A stretch of 64,000 nucleotides of DNA from Mactra antiquata (taxonomy: Eukaryota): assembly GCA_047288015.1 (NCBI GenBank), contig CM103819.1:32561354-32625353 (forward strand), read 5' to 3'. Position numbers and translations under genes: made by a program. Positions 12,561-24,493 of this stretch are shown piece by piece. Within the stretch, counting starts at the first letter, position 1. Every line of letters begins with the position of its first letter. The notes under the pieces are model-generated. The model was not told where the DNA came from, searched no databases, and saw only the letters and a program-made list of their open reading frames with translations.

Positions 12561-13341
12561 ATACATTACATATTATTTTCTCATACATAATAATACCACA
12601 GACATTTTTATTTTTATTTTCTTTCCCACCTTTACAAGATATAATTGCTTTCATTTTATTGTGTGATTATAATAGCTGAATCTACCTAGAATTAGTCGTT
12701 CATTCAGATAAGATGATAAGTGACTGATAGCTACACACTAAGGACAATAATAAAAAGCGCTCATATCTAATGCATCACGCATAGTACATGGACAGTTTAA
12801 ATGAAAGACTGCGTACTCTGGCTAGTTATTTTTCAGAAATTTTATTTTGATTATAAAATAGCACTGGCGCTTAATACAGTATAATATAACTAAAATTAGA
12901 ACCAAAAGTTCAAAAACATTAACGCTATAGTATGCAATGATAAAAACATTGTTTCACATACCTTCACTCATTATTAATCCTAACAGAACCCTATTTAAAG
13001 AACGTGTTAGAAGAGTCCCAGAACATCAACTGATTCCTCTTGATTTCCATTCCACCATTTATACATGTATTCTCAAAAACAAACGCAGTTTAAATAAAAA
13101 CAAAAACCCTCTTGGACACTTCAGATGATGTCAGTTTTAAATATAAAGATCTTATAATGTCATGACCCAATTTCTATCACTAGATAAGGTATGAAATATA
13201 GTCTTAATTATATCAAGAGTATAAACAATTTTATCTTTTAAATAAATACCCCTAAATCATAGCAAGACATGCTTTCTCGTTGACGCAATGGAATGTTGTA
13301 TTCACAGGTGTCTGTGTCAAAATGAAATAAACCCGATGTCA

Positions 13342-13827
13342 CATTTGGAACTCCTCAGCGATTTTCTACGCAACTATGCCTCGGACATCAGAGGTAGTAG
13401 TAACACAACACGCTATAATGTCCGGCGAATGACTCCCAGGTACGTAATTAAGTGCCGCTAAGTCTATATTTACAAACAAGTTTACCGCTATTCTGCAAAC
13501 TAGCAACATCACAAACTTAATGAAGTCTAAGCCTTCCCGGCGCAAATGTCTAAGGATTATCAAAATAACATGAAACACGGCACGCTGTCATTTTCTTTAA
13601 ACACAACCAACCTACGCCGATTAACAATGTTAAACGCATTTTCAAAATATTTCATTAGCATTATCTCTCTCACATGTCTTGTTTCTGTGTAGTTTAGGCT
13701 ATATTGCCACAGAAGCCACATTTAAAATGACATTCACGTTTACTTCGGAATCCATGTCAGAGCGACTTTCTCTCCTTATGATGTCCGAGGTATATTTGCG
13801 TAGAAAATCGCCGGGGACTTCCGGATG
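13342..13827. mobile_element. MITE of the CATTCGGAAC family. The target-site duplication is CCGATGT(c/a)A.
   Basis: Termini 'catttggaactcctcagcgattttctacgcaa...' and '...ttgcgtagaaaatcgccggggacttccggatg'. The six-frame ORFs 13366-13578 and 13699-13977 lie inside it and are not genes. Confidence 0.7.
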
Positions 13828-15923
13828 CCGATGTAACTGCAATTTTACTTTTTTAACGTATTCACCGATTGTGCATATGACCGATTTTGCGTTAGGGATG
13901 CCTTCAAAATATTGATTAACAGTATGGACTATTATGGATACAGCAGGATACAGCAAACATCCGAATGTCAGATACATCTATCGAGCTTTTACGGGATTTT
14001 TCGATTTAAAGACTTGGTTCAAAGAACCACTATTTTAATTCCATCTTCAACGCTGATCATTCAAATTCTCTTATTCGTTCTTCTATTCTATAAGTATATA
14101 GATATAATACTGTTATTTGATGAATATTTGAGTGCTTGATACAGTGTCCTGTGATTGTATCGTTAATTTCCTATTCACTTCCTTGGCTGTATGGCATTTT
14201 TTTATTAGTTAACTACCACCCATTGCAGATAATTACTTATAGCATAAATTTCAAAAGCATGGTTTCCATTCTTAGTACAAACATTTTCAAAAAAAACAAC
14301 ATCAAACATGTAATAATTCGATAACACGTTATTTATGATATAAAAATCGAATGGTTGACCCTGAATGTATACAAGTACTGCAATACAAAAAACAATGACT
14401 AGAACAAAAGTGACAGTTAAATGAAAAAGTTAGTAACATACATAAATACTGTACTTTATACTTATAAATTACATACATGTATTTATCATGCAATTTAAGT
14501 CTTTACAAAGAGAAATTAGCAATGCGCATATTAATAACTTCTTATGACGTTATTGTGATGTCATAAGAAGTATGAAAAATATCAACATATAAATGCTTAT
14601 AATTTCCTTAATTAAGCATGCAAATTCAAAAATTCTTTCATTCCTGCGTTTCTCTTTTTTATGCACTAAAGGCGTGCCTGAATCACCCCTTTAATACGCA
14701 TATATATAAAATGACACACAGCATCTATCATGTACATTGAACTGTCATGTCCTTTAACATAAACATTGTTAATATACTTAAATAAATCAAATTAGTAAGC
14801 TTAATATTTTATATGTGACAATGATAAAAGCAAACACTATAAACTATATTGATATATACTAAGTATGGATGTCAGACCTGATATTTACCCAGAGCCTATA
14901 CCCTTGCAAACATAATAAACTAAAAACAGAAAACGATCGGCTAATTCTAATAAATAATGTCTTAAACATTCTCAGAGGTGGTACGATGTAACATGCACTG
15001 TCTACCAAAAGTAAGTAACACTGTCAATAAGTTACAGAGAGTCACATATTGAACAGTATATTTAATGAAATAAAATTTATCACAGTAATGAAAAGCTAAT
15101 GTTTTCAAAATTTGGGTTGCTTATAGATAAATCATTTATGAATGTAACACAATCTCATACATTTGACTTAGGAATCAAAGTTTAAAGAAATTCAAGACAA
15201 TTCTGGAAGGATCTAAATATTGTTAAACTTTACATTGATTCATACAGTGGGGCAATATTTGCGTAAATTTAAAGATGGCATTATGATCTGAAGCACTAGG
15301 AATGAATAAACAAGAGATTAAAATCAAGTTTCAATGTATTATATCATATTGAGAAATTAAATATTTCTTTAGAAATTCATCATGTATGATTACATCTCTA
15401 ACAATTCTATAAAACCATATGGCTTGCCTACATTAAATGACAGTGTATACTATCTGTTGGTGGGCAGTGTATATATATTATCTAACTAATTATTTACATG
15501 TACATGTATTTATATTCCTCAATACGATCGAACCAACATACTTGTACAAAAATGTTCAAATCTCAGTGATAATATATAAATGAAGAATATGTTCATGAAA
15601 CTAGCACAAATTTATGTACAATGCCATGTCCGTCTAGTATATATCTGGTACATAATGAATTTGGCTTCGTGATCGACCATTATGAAGGGGGCAGCTATAT
15701 CTAAGTTACAGAACTTGCCACGCATCCCGATGCCGTTTATACATATAGTTATTTCTTATTATTACTAATGTTATACAGTTTTGCTTGTAAATATGTACTA
15801 CGGATAATAAAATGTGTTTGAATTATTCACTACAACTAGATGTCCATACAAATATAATAAAAAAATGGCACTAAGTTCGCGCGGGTATTTTCACAAATGT
15901 AATGAAATCTGATGTACAGATAT

Positions 15924-16388
15924 TTAACACATTTTTACTTTGGTACCATTGCTCAGTACCATATATATTTCACCAGCTTGTTCAACACTATGTTTACTAT
16001 GTGATTCAACACCAAACCCTGTTATAAAAACATTAGATATAATTATCAATAAAACAAGAAAGTTCCCAACTCTATCAAGACGATCAGCGAGTATACGCCG
16101 TGATTCGTCCGGTGGTGGTAAGGAGGTCTGGGGCGATTGCTCCTCGTATTCTTCAAATTTTCGCTCTATTGACCATATGATAAGCATGCAAAGAGTGAAT
16201 ACCACTTGTAGAACTATGGAACCAACTATGAAGACAAGGAGAGGGAAGAAATATTTATCATGTGTGTCCATTGACAACAAAGACTTTAACTGAGATACAT
16301 TTGCCATCATTAAAGCCACGTCCATGAGTTGATGAATAAAGTTTCTTTTTCCAACATACATGTTTGCCACACCGTGTTCCTTCATGTC
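15924..16388 (-). CDS. Ninjurin-like protein, copy 3, terminal exon. In this copy the exon 2 and exon 3 sequence is contiguous (D-MKEHGVANMYVGKRNFIHQLMDVALMMANVSQLKSLLSMDTHDKYFFPLLVFIVGSIVLQVVFTLCMLIIWSIERKFEEYEEQSPQTSLPPPDESRRILADRLDRVGNFLVLLIIISNVFITGFGVE...).
   Basis: Acceptor ttactag|GACATG at 16388. The ORF is continuous across the position where copies 1 and 2 have an intron (..SLQ|V..). It carries the ninjurin motifs 'DVALMMANVSQLK' and 'NVFITGFGVE'. Confidence 0.65.
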   Translation of the reverse strand, partial: DMKEHGVANMYVGKRNFIHQLMDVALMMANVSQLKSLLSMDTHDKYFFPLLVFIVGSIVLQVVFTLCMLIIWSIERKFEEYEEQSPQTSLPPPDESRRILADRLDRVGNFLVLLIIISNVFITGFGVESHSKHSVEQAGEIYMVLSNGTKVKMC

Positions 16389-16924
16389 CTAGTAAATTAA
16401 GAACAATAGAAATAAGTCCAGAATATGTTAAGTTAGCTGAATGTATATTGCAGCCTCATTTTTATATAAAACTATTCATTTCATCTCATGTGTATGTACA
16501 AAGCTAAGGAAATATCTTAGTTTAAACTACCGCAATGGTAGTTTAAATTTATATATTTCCTTAGTTTTGTTTGAGTGTTTGTTGCAGCTTCGATACATAT
16601 CCTGTCATACGATGACCACAGCTTCATACCACCAGCTTCTTTGCCTGTGTTCAAACCAATACCAAAAGTGACCCTCAAAAGAAATCTGCAATTGCTCCAT
16701 ATGTCGAGTAAATTGGCATTTTTGGTCAAACTATCAAGGCAAAGTAATACATGTGAGAACGGGAATCAAACTATGATCGCCAGGAACCAGGGCCACGGTA
16801 ACCATTCTGTACAAGCTTTTTCCTGTGATTTATCAAGGAACGCAATAATTAACGGTACAGACAAAATTAGCGCAGGTTATTCTTCTGTAGGCTGTAATTA
16901 GTTTAGTTTATACAAATTTATTTC

Positions 16925-17125
16925 AGCTCGATTGTGAAAAAAGTTCTTACAACTTAGATTAATCACTCTCGAGCGCAGCCGAGTGGTTACGACGTTGGGC
17001 TGGTAATCATTGGATAGCCAGCTCCGCGTTGGTTCGAATCACATCTAAAACCCACCTCGTTGTTTCCTTGAGCAAGAAACTTTATCCTAATTGCTTAGTA
17101 CTGGGGGACCAGGAAGCGGACTCGA
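16925..17125. mobile_element. SINE family C, composite. A tail fragment in minus orientation at 16925-16968 abuts a plus-orientation head plus body at 16969-17125.
   Basis: '..caacttagattaatcactctcgagcgc' is followed by the tRNA-like segment 'agccgagtggttacgacgttgggctggtaatcattggatagccagctccgcgttggttcgaatcac..' and ends '..gcggactcgagagtg'. The copy at 34190-34400 is a full reverse-complement match. Confidence 0.6.
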
Positions 17126-17418
17126 GAGTGTAGGGATTAAAAACGGCTATATATATATATATATTACCAAGATTATGTTTGTTGGTATGTTCTACAGTAT
17201 TGATACAGTTAAGTCTTTCCATCTCAAATACACCACAGACTTTTTATGATAAGCAACAGCTCAGCATCCAGTCGTAAAACATCGGGTATTTCCGTATCCA
17301 CGGTGAAATACGAAGCATACTAGCCGATATGGTCAGATTGCTGAGCACCAGACATTGTTATAATAAAATCGAGACAGAAAGTGTATACAATTCCCTATTG
17401 TATATTAATACATACTAC

Positions 17419-17517
17419 CTTCAACCCTAGATCCACCTCATCAGTTCCAACATCAGTTTGCATCATATCATGATTGGTTAGTTCTAACTCACTCCCTGAT
17501 TGTTGATTTCTCGTCAT
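17419..17517 (-). CDS. Ninjurin-like protein, copy 3, first coding exon (MTRNQQSGSELELTNHDMMQTDVGTDEVDLGLK). Donor AAG|gtagta.
   Basis: ATG at 17515-17517 on the minus strand. The exon is phase 0 and splices in frame to 16388. Confidence 0.5.
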
Positions 17518-18065
17518 TTTTGTTACTGTGTTTGAAACCTAGACTATAAAATGCAAATACAAATTACTTATTTAAAATAATTTATGTTTACTCAATTTGA
17601 TAAACAAGCCGAACATTTACGACGGTTGACTGAAAGCCTGAAAAGAAAATTACGCTTTGGATCGACCCCTATCCAAAACCACACCGTCTTTCCTTTTATG
17701 CAGATTTGAACGTGATCACAGTGTAAGTTGCAGTACCATCGTTCACGATCAAACTCTGAAAATCTCTATTTAATCATAGATCACAGATCATAATCATAGG
17801 GAGAGACAGTTTATTATTATAGTCAACTTGACAAAAACAAATTTCACTATAATGAACGATGGGTCCACAAATCGTCATGACAATTCATCTGAAGTTAAAT
17901 AAATGTTATTTCGCAATATACGAATGAATAAAAGAGGCTGTCAATCATTAATGGCCACGGTAACGTTAAAATAACTATCCTCTTGTCAGCTAAAGTTTTG
18001 TTAGACAAAATGATACATGTCATACAACATCTGACTCGCTTTCAAGATTTTCGACGTGGCAAGGA

Positions 18066-18517
18066 ATAGGGTATGTAAGTCGCGTCATGTGACCTCCGAG
18101 ATTTTACGATGTTTTCTAACTTCCGGGTACAAACACAAGTTTAACGTCATGGCGCTTTCCATTAGATATTGGGCTAAATTCATAGATGGACACGAAAAGC
18201 TTACAAGGAAGAGCGAGGGTTGGGTGGAGAGTAGCAGGGTGCTCCGATTTGTAATTGACGTCTTCAGGGTCATTTTAAGCCCATATATCTTCCTATTTTT
18301 AGAAACAAAATTTACCTACCAGCACAGATCAGCCCAATTTTCCTTTCCTTTGGATTAACAGGAAATCTAAACAAACTACAAGTCTGTTACCCACCAGTAC
18401 GATGCGTAGAGCCAAAATCATAACAGTAAACCATTGTACAACTGAGCGTTCGGGTTTACTTACACTTTCGATTTTCAACTTCCGGGTACATCAGTCAACG
18501 AGACTTACATACCCTAT
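18066..18517. mobile_element. MITE-like element, family 2, with terminal inverted repeats 'TAGGGTATGTAAGTC...GACTTACATACCCTA'
   Basis: A copy with about 85% identity lies at 62969-63413. Both start 'atagggtatgtaagtcgcgtcatgtgacctccgagattttacgat' and end 'gagacttacataccctat'. The ORFs at 18056-18358 and 62848-63072 are internal and spurious. Confidence 0.7.
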
Positions 18518-20702
18518 GGTATTTATGGCGGACAATACATATGTATACATACATATGTGTAAATTAAGAATATTCATAATTTGCTCCAAAACATAGTCAT
18601 GAAAATCTACACTATATTATATAGATTTAAATTTAGCAGTGATATTATTTGCAAAAATGCGATTATATATACATGTTTATAATATTTATTCAAATTTGGT
18701 AAACATAACTGAGTATAAACTGTAATTCAAAAGAAGATTGCCTTGTGAACTATATAGTAATGGATACGTGTTCCCTAGTTGTTTATAAAATAAAATTATT
18801 TAATTTGTGATAATATTAAAGATTTATCTTTATAACTATTGATTAATTCGATTGTTTAAGAATGCATATTTTGTTTTTGAACGATATCGTAATGTATGAC
18901 AAGTTTATGTAAAGTTTGATATCAATGTCAATGATAACTCTCTATTCATAGTTATTTTTAAACATTTGTTATTTGACATTAACAACACATTTGTTTTCTT
19001 CATTTACTACCTAGCAATGTAACATCATCTAAACTACTGCATTCCAGATATATGTATGTACATGAACAATGCAATTACATTAACACAATACCGAAAGTCA
19101 ACAGACAACATTGCTCATTTTTCTCACAAAAATCACTTTGATTCTTGTTGGATCCTTCGAGCCTTTGGTGTAGGAAAGTAGCACAGTAAGAGTTCTACAA
19201 GTTAAACTTAATTTGTGACTACTTTTGTTCTCAGCTTTGTATGGTGTGGACGACAGTCGAACTACTCGATGTCCCTGAAGAGGCTTAGATTTCTAATGCT
19301 ATTGCTAATTACATACCTTCACCAGTGGTTGACAACTGTCCTACATATATACAGGGCTCGAATTTAACCAAAAATATGACTTGCATTTTTTTGCGAGTTG
19401 ATTTTATTTCAACTCGCAAAATGAAAATAAACACTCACTTTTTCTCCAAATTTCAGTATATGGCTTTGATGACGGGTCTGGTTTGGATTTTTTTGCTATT
19501 GAGCTGGTCCGACTGAAGAGCGTTGAATAAATTTGTCCATGTTTACTTGCTACCCACGCCTGAGAGATTTATTATCTAATATAATGCGTATTTTTGAGGC
19601 GATTTCAACAACTAACCTCTGACATTGTAAGAATGGACCAAATTTCACGAAGGTACAAATGTATGTAGGTCCCACCCGGGAATCCAACGAACGACTCCTG
19701 GATTGAAAGTCAAGCTTCCCATAAACTTAGCTAAGGGAGGACTGAACGCTAGTTACAGAAGTGATTAAAATTTAGTGGTGGGACTTTTCCCACGTACCAC
19801 AGTTTGTATGTTGCCATAGTTTGATAGGATTCAATTTTCCACCAATGAACTTGAATGTGTTAACGCTATATTTGAAAAAGTATTTACAATGCATGATGAC
19901 AAGTTACACACTGTAAGACAATAGTTGAAGTATAGGAAATATGTTAACAAGTTGTTCATTCCTTTCACGATAGCTTACAACGAAAATTAGTGGCGAAGCT
20001 GGTCATTCTCCAGTACGCACTTGCGTTAGATCGAAAATAAAAACCCAATGAATGAAAAAAACTTAATTTAAAACTGCTAGAAAATGAAGCCAAAAATGGG
20101 TTAGGTGTTAATGCAATTATCCGTGAAACAAGTTACTGGATTGAAATCCGTAAGAACTCAGGAACGAGTAATTCCTATCTGGACAAAATAGTGATTTGTA
20201 AAACAAATGTGATGTAGTTTGAGTAAGAATTTGGCGAAAAGGCCTAAAGCGTGCATTTTCGTGTTACGCTTTCAAAATTTCACGTAGCAGCCCCCTAGTC
20301 TGAAAAGATAATATCTGCGCGTAACTTTAAAAAGACTCAAGCTACGCCACTGAAAATCATCGCGAGTCAATGAATTTGACGTAGGAAGTCTGATGATTAA
20401 ATACAAAACTTATTCAGGAAGTACGATATTGTGTAATTAAAGAAATTGATGGGAAAAGTTTTGAACATTTATTAATGCTTTCTGCTTTGGTCTGTCGACG
20501 AGTTTTGTCATAATTATTTTGTGAAATCGTAGATCTACAGATCTATTATTATGAGCTACAATGTATGTACACTATGATTGCATCTCACAAGTCAGAGGTT
20601 AGGAGGTAAACGATTCTACGATCAATTATGTTTTGAAAATCGCTGGGTTCCGAAAATAGTACAATTGTAGAAGTTTGATATTATTTTTTTAAAAACTTTG
20701 GT

Positions 20703-21022
20703 AATTTACGCCTATTTTTAGACAATTTTATTATGTCATATCGCGGCGATCAGTCGACTTACTCACTGTCCCTGGTGAGGCTTACATCGCTAGCTAGATC
20801 TAAGCTAATAACTAGTACATGTACTAAGCATATATCTTCGCCAGCGGCTGTCACAGTACTAGCCTATTTGATGCAGTGATAGTAGGGAGAATGGCCGCAG
20901 AAAATATTTTATGACCAGACTCTACAGAGGTATGTGCATATATAGGTCCAACTCGGGAATCGAACCCGTGACTGCATGATCAATAGACAGATACGCTACC
21001 AACTGCGATAGCCAGGCGGCCT
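20703..21022 (-). mobile_element. tRNA-derived SINE, subfamily B
   Basis: The reverse complement of 20935-21020 gives the head 'ggccgcctggctatcgcagttggtagcgtatctgtctattgatcatgcagtcacgggttcgattcccgagttgg'. The body and tail match the other B copies. Confidence 0.75.
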
Positions 21023-22795
21023 TGAAATCATTTTAATAAGAACAAGTTAATGCTTACCTCGAATATATTAGCTGTAAAACCCTATAATCAGAAAATGCTT
21101 AGTAAAATACAAACTGCCTATACACACATTTATTATTTCAATATTATAATTTGCACTCATCGTTATCTCAGTCAAAATGTTTTTTTGGGATTTGTTTTTA
21201 CCTTTAAATATCTATATAGCAGTTCAGGTGTAATTGTTTTCATATCAATCGAGGCCTTAATTATTGCTTACATCAGTTTTATCTTACAACGAAATTATCT
21301 TGTATAGTCAACAACTAGAGTGACATATTTTTATCAAAAATGTACTGTATGCACGCATTATTTAGATCAACAAAAACAAAACAATATCAATGTTGTTTGT
21401 TCATTTTTGATATTAATAACTTACAATACCTAGTATTATGAAATCTATGCACAAATTATGGTGCAGTGCTTTTTGGCGGACATGTTGATGAAGGTTGAAC
21501 CAAATCTCACTTAAATCCTATGTACATTGCAGCTATACGATCTGATGGTCCCCCATTGACTTGCCTGTCTGAGTATATTGTAAGCATCCAATCCACGAGT
21601 CACTTACAACTGGCTGTAAGTTAAATCAGAATCACCCAAAGCTTGATTGAAGTCTTCAAATCCATCAGAAGGGTGGTGCTGAAGGCTGCCATTTTATATT
21701 GGTACGAAAAGGGATTTTGTCATACAAATGTTAGGCCTATATAAAACCCCTGATCTGAAGGTATTTTTCGAGATTTTATTTATTAGGTGAATGCTTGCAA
21801 AAGAAAAGTCAACTGAACATGACCTGTAAACGAGTATCTTTAGACCTACCGCAGTATGAATGTACTTGGAGCACTGAGATTTGTTTGAACCTTAAAAATA
21901 ACCTCTGTTTTTATAGTGGATCAGTACAAAACTTAAAATGTCACTTTTTCTAATGTTTCATATTTTATATATGTGGAACATGGTTTATTGTCATGGTGAC
22001 AAAGGAGTAAAATCATTTACAACACAAAGATTTATTTTATCCACATGTATATATTGCACCTCAAAGCTAATGTATAAAAGATGTGGGAATGAATCTTTTT
22101 TTTTCAAGGGGGTAGAGGTCATGATTTTCTTCCAGAGGGAGGGACACAAATTGACACCATTTTGAAACACATCTTGACATTTTTTTCATAAGATTTTTGA
22201 CATTAACAGTATGGGGCAATATACCCTACTGGCTTGTTCATGAGATGTGCGATCTTTTTCAAAGTGTTGTGTCCTTCTGCCATAAATTGTGATGGAGTTT
22301 GGTACCATTTGAGCAGCATTCATTTACTTAGTTAAGTCACATTGTTCATTAGAAGTTAACAAAGTCATATTGCAAGCGTTTTCTTTCACTTGTTTATACA
22401 ATTAAGCCAAGTGATCACTAGCTCGTATCATCACATGAACTCTTGCCGTGATATGACCTATACAATGTGTAGCTACAGCGTTAAACCCAACCTACCAAAA
22501 TAAAAGAACTAAGGAGCATCCACAGGCATTATCCATGTAGGTTCCTATCAATGTCTAACATCAGTAATATTTGAACCCACAGAATATGTGAGTTATTACA
22601 AGGAATTTATGCACAGAATTCAACTAAGGAGTTGGAAAGTGCACTTAGTGCAATGATACTGTGAACATCAAAATCTGAATGTATCTAGAGTGTAAATGCC
22701 CTCAGACAAGGGAGATAAACAGTTTCTTACTAAATGTTTGTGTCATGTGAGTTTGCTCCCTTCAATAGTAAAATAAATCAAGTTGATTGATTGAT

Positions 22796-22975
22796 TGATT
22801 GATTGGATTTAACGCAGTGTTAACACAAATTATGGTCATTTTAGGGCAGCCACCTCACCTAACCTAGCTTTCCTGGACACGTGTCAGTACTCACCTACCC
22901 TTCCACAAGGCCTACAACTTCTCCACAAACCTTATTGATACAGGAAAATTGACATTATAGACAACAGGGTATAAC
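22796..22975 (-). mobile_element. SINE family D, body only, 5'-truncated
   Basis: Reverse complement of the D body '..ttgtcggccttgtggaagggtaggtgagtactg..ccaggaaagctaggttaggtgagctgg..aatttgtgttaacacggcgttaaa'. The microsatellite (TGAT)n at 22780-22800 is adjacent. Confidence 0.7.
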
Positions 22976-23209
22976 CAGTCCAGGTGGGTTTTTATGTAAA
23001 TACACAAATGTACATGTTATAGGAGAATATTAATATCTTTTAATTATCACAAATATCACAAATTAATTCACAGCAAACTATATTAGCACGTGAGATAAAT
23101 GCTTAAATAAATTCAGAGACATAATGACCTGATCTATGAATAAAAAATAAGGGGAAAAATGCAAAAACTTATCACAGATTTGTTTCATTATTAGTTTCAA
23201 ATGAAATAA

Positions 23210-23482
23210 TGTATGGTGCTTTAGGCCACTTTTGACAATTTTTCAGTCATATTGTGACAGTCAGTCAGCCTACTTACTGTCTATGGAGAAGCTTAGATCT
23301 CTAGATCTAAGCTTTTACCTCTTCTAAGCACATACCTTTGCCAGTGACTGACAACTGCCCTACATGTACTTGATACAGTGGTAGGAGAGAGAATGGCAGT
23401 TGAAAAACTTTTAGGTCCAGCTGGGAATCGAATCAGTGACAGTAGGCAAAGGCACTACCGACTGAGCTAGCCGGGTGGTTCA
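23210..23482 (-). mobile_element. tRNA-derived SINE, subfamily B
   Basis: The head, in reverse complement, is 'aaccacccggctagctcagtcggtagtgcctttgcctactgtcactgattcgattcccagctgg'. The tail, in reverse complement, is 'aaaaattgtcaaaagtggcctaaagc'. Confidence 0.75.
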
Positions 23483-23917
23483 TAAGTTTCAACACATTGT
23501 TAATCCTCTAAGGCAGAGGTACAGTAGATGGTCTGATTATGTTCATTTGTATATATTAGAAAAAATAAAAAGTTGAATAATCTGAATTAATCTAGTCCAA
23601 TTTAATAACCTGCTCCTATAAATACATTAATATTTGACTGAACACACTATCAATTAGACTTACTGCACAATTTCAAATATTTAAACCTCTTTCTTGGGAA
23701 ATACTATCTGTATGAATTATATTGTGCTATTCCATTTTGTGATATGAAAAAAGTAACAATAAACACAGTCTCTGCCTTCACCCATTTACCCCAAGTCTTG
23801 ACTAGTGAACTATGATTCATATAGTTGGGCTAGTAGATGATTTGGCACTTCACTACAAAACATAATAAATTTGGCAAGTAGTTGTGAAATACTGAAACAT
23901 TCTGATAGTAATAATAC

Positions 23918-24493
23918 TCATTCAACACGATTAATGAACCTTTTTAAGGCATTAGGAATTGGAAGCTTTACAATGTCTGTTGATTTCCAGGCACATTGTT
24001 CCAATATTTGTAATCTACAGAGAGCCTTTAGAGTCTTTACCACAGAAGAGCTCATATTAAGTTCATCTTTACAATACTTGAAAGCTTTTCTTTGTAGAGT
24101 TAGTGTTGGCTTGCCATCATATTGGTACTTTAATGCCTCGTTCAATGACTGAACAGTCATGTTTTCAAGCAGTGTTTCAGTAATTTCATGAATGTAGTCA
24201 ATCAATATAGCTTCATCATACTTTTGTTGCTTCTCAAATGTTTCAGGATGATAAAGAATAGAGTTACAGAAAACATTAATAGGAAAAATTCCATTCTCAT
24301 TACAGTTTGGATCAGCACCATTTTGAATTAAAAGTCTAAAAGTTGTAATGCTACGTTCATCCAAACCAAGTGGAATAGAGATAGCAAGAAATGCATGCAG
24401 AGAATTACCAGAAATATTTTCATCTTCAATTGGTCCAAATATAGAGGGGTTTGCACCATGGCGTAATAATGTTTCCGTACATTTGGTCACAAA
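23918..24493 (-). CDS. Continuation of the same ASB-like reading frame after the TGA: more ankyrin repeats plus a C-terminal SOCS box (..LKALCRLQILEQCAWKSTDIVKLPIPNALKRFINRVE*)
   Basis: It is in the same frame as 24494-25570, separated only by the TGA and one codon (..DTNIR-TGA-FVTKCTETLLRHGANPS..). The SOCS-box consensus (L..LCR..I......LPLP..L..) matches. The 'M' in the ORF track here is a GTG codon. Confidence 0.6.
   Translation of the reverse strand, partial: FVTKCTETLLRHGANPSIFGPIEDENISGNSLHAFLAISIPLGLDERSITTFRLLIQNGADPNCNENGIFPINVFCNSILYHPETFEKQQKYDEAILIDYIHEITETLLENMTVQSLNEALKYQYDGKPTLTLQRKAFKYCKDELNMSSSVVKTLKALCRLQILEQCAWKSTDIVKLPIPNALKRFINRVE

Noticed and set aside
13366-13977. ORFs 13366-13578 and 13699-13977
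   Set aside because: Both are inside a MITE copy (13342-13827) of the CATTCGGAAC family.
18056-18358. 100-aa ORF, and the related 62848-63072 ORF
   Set aside because: Both lie inside copies of the family-2 MITE. The similarity between them is repeat identity, not gene paralogy.
19675-19755. Isolated minus-strand tRNA-like sequence ('gtcctcccttagctaagtttatgggaagcttgactttcaatccaggagtcgttcgttggattcccgggtgggacc')
   Set aside because: The acceptor-stem pairing is imperfect and the D arm is atypical. It is probably a degenerate tRNA pseudogene or SINE fragment. Confidence is too low to call a tRNA gene.
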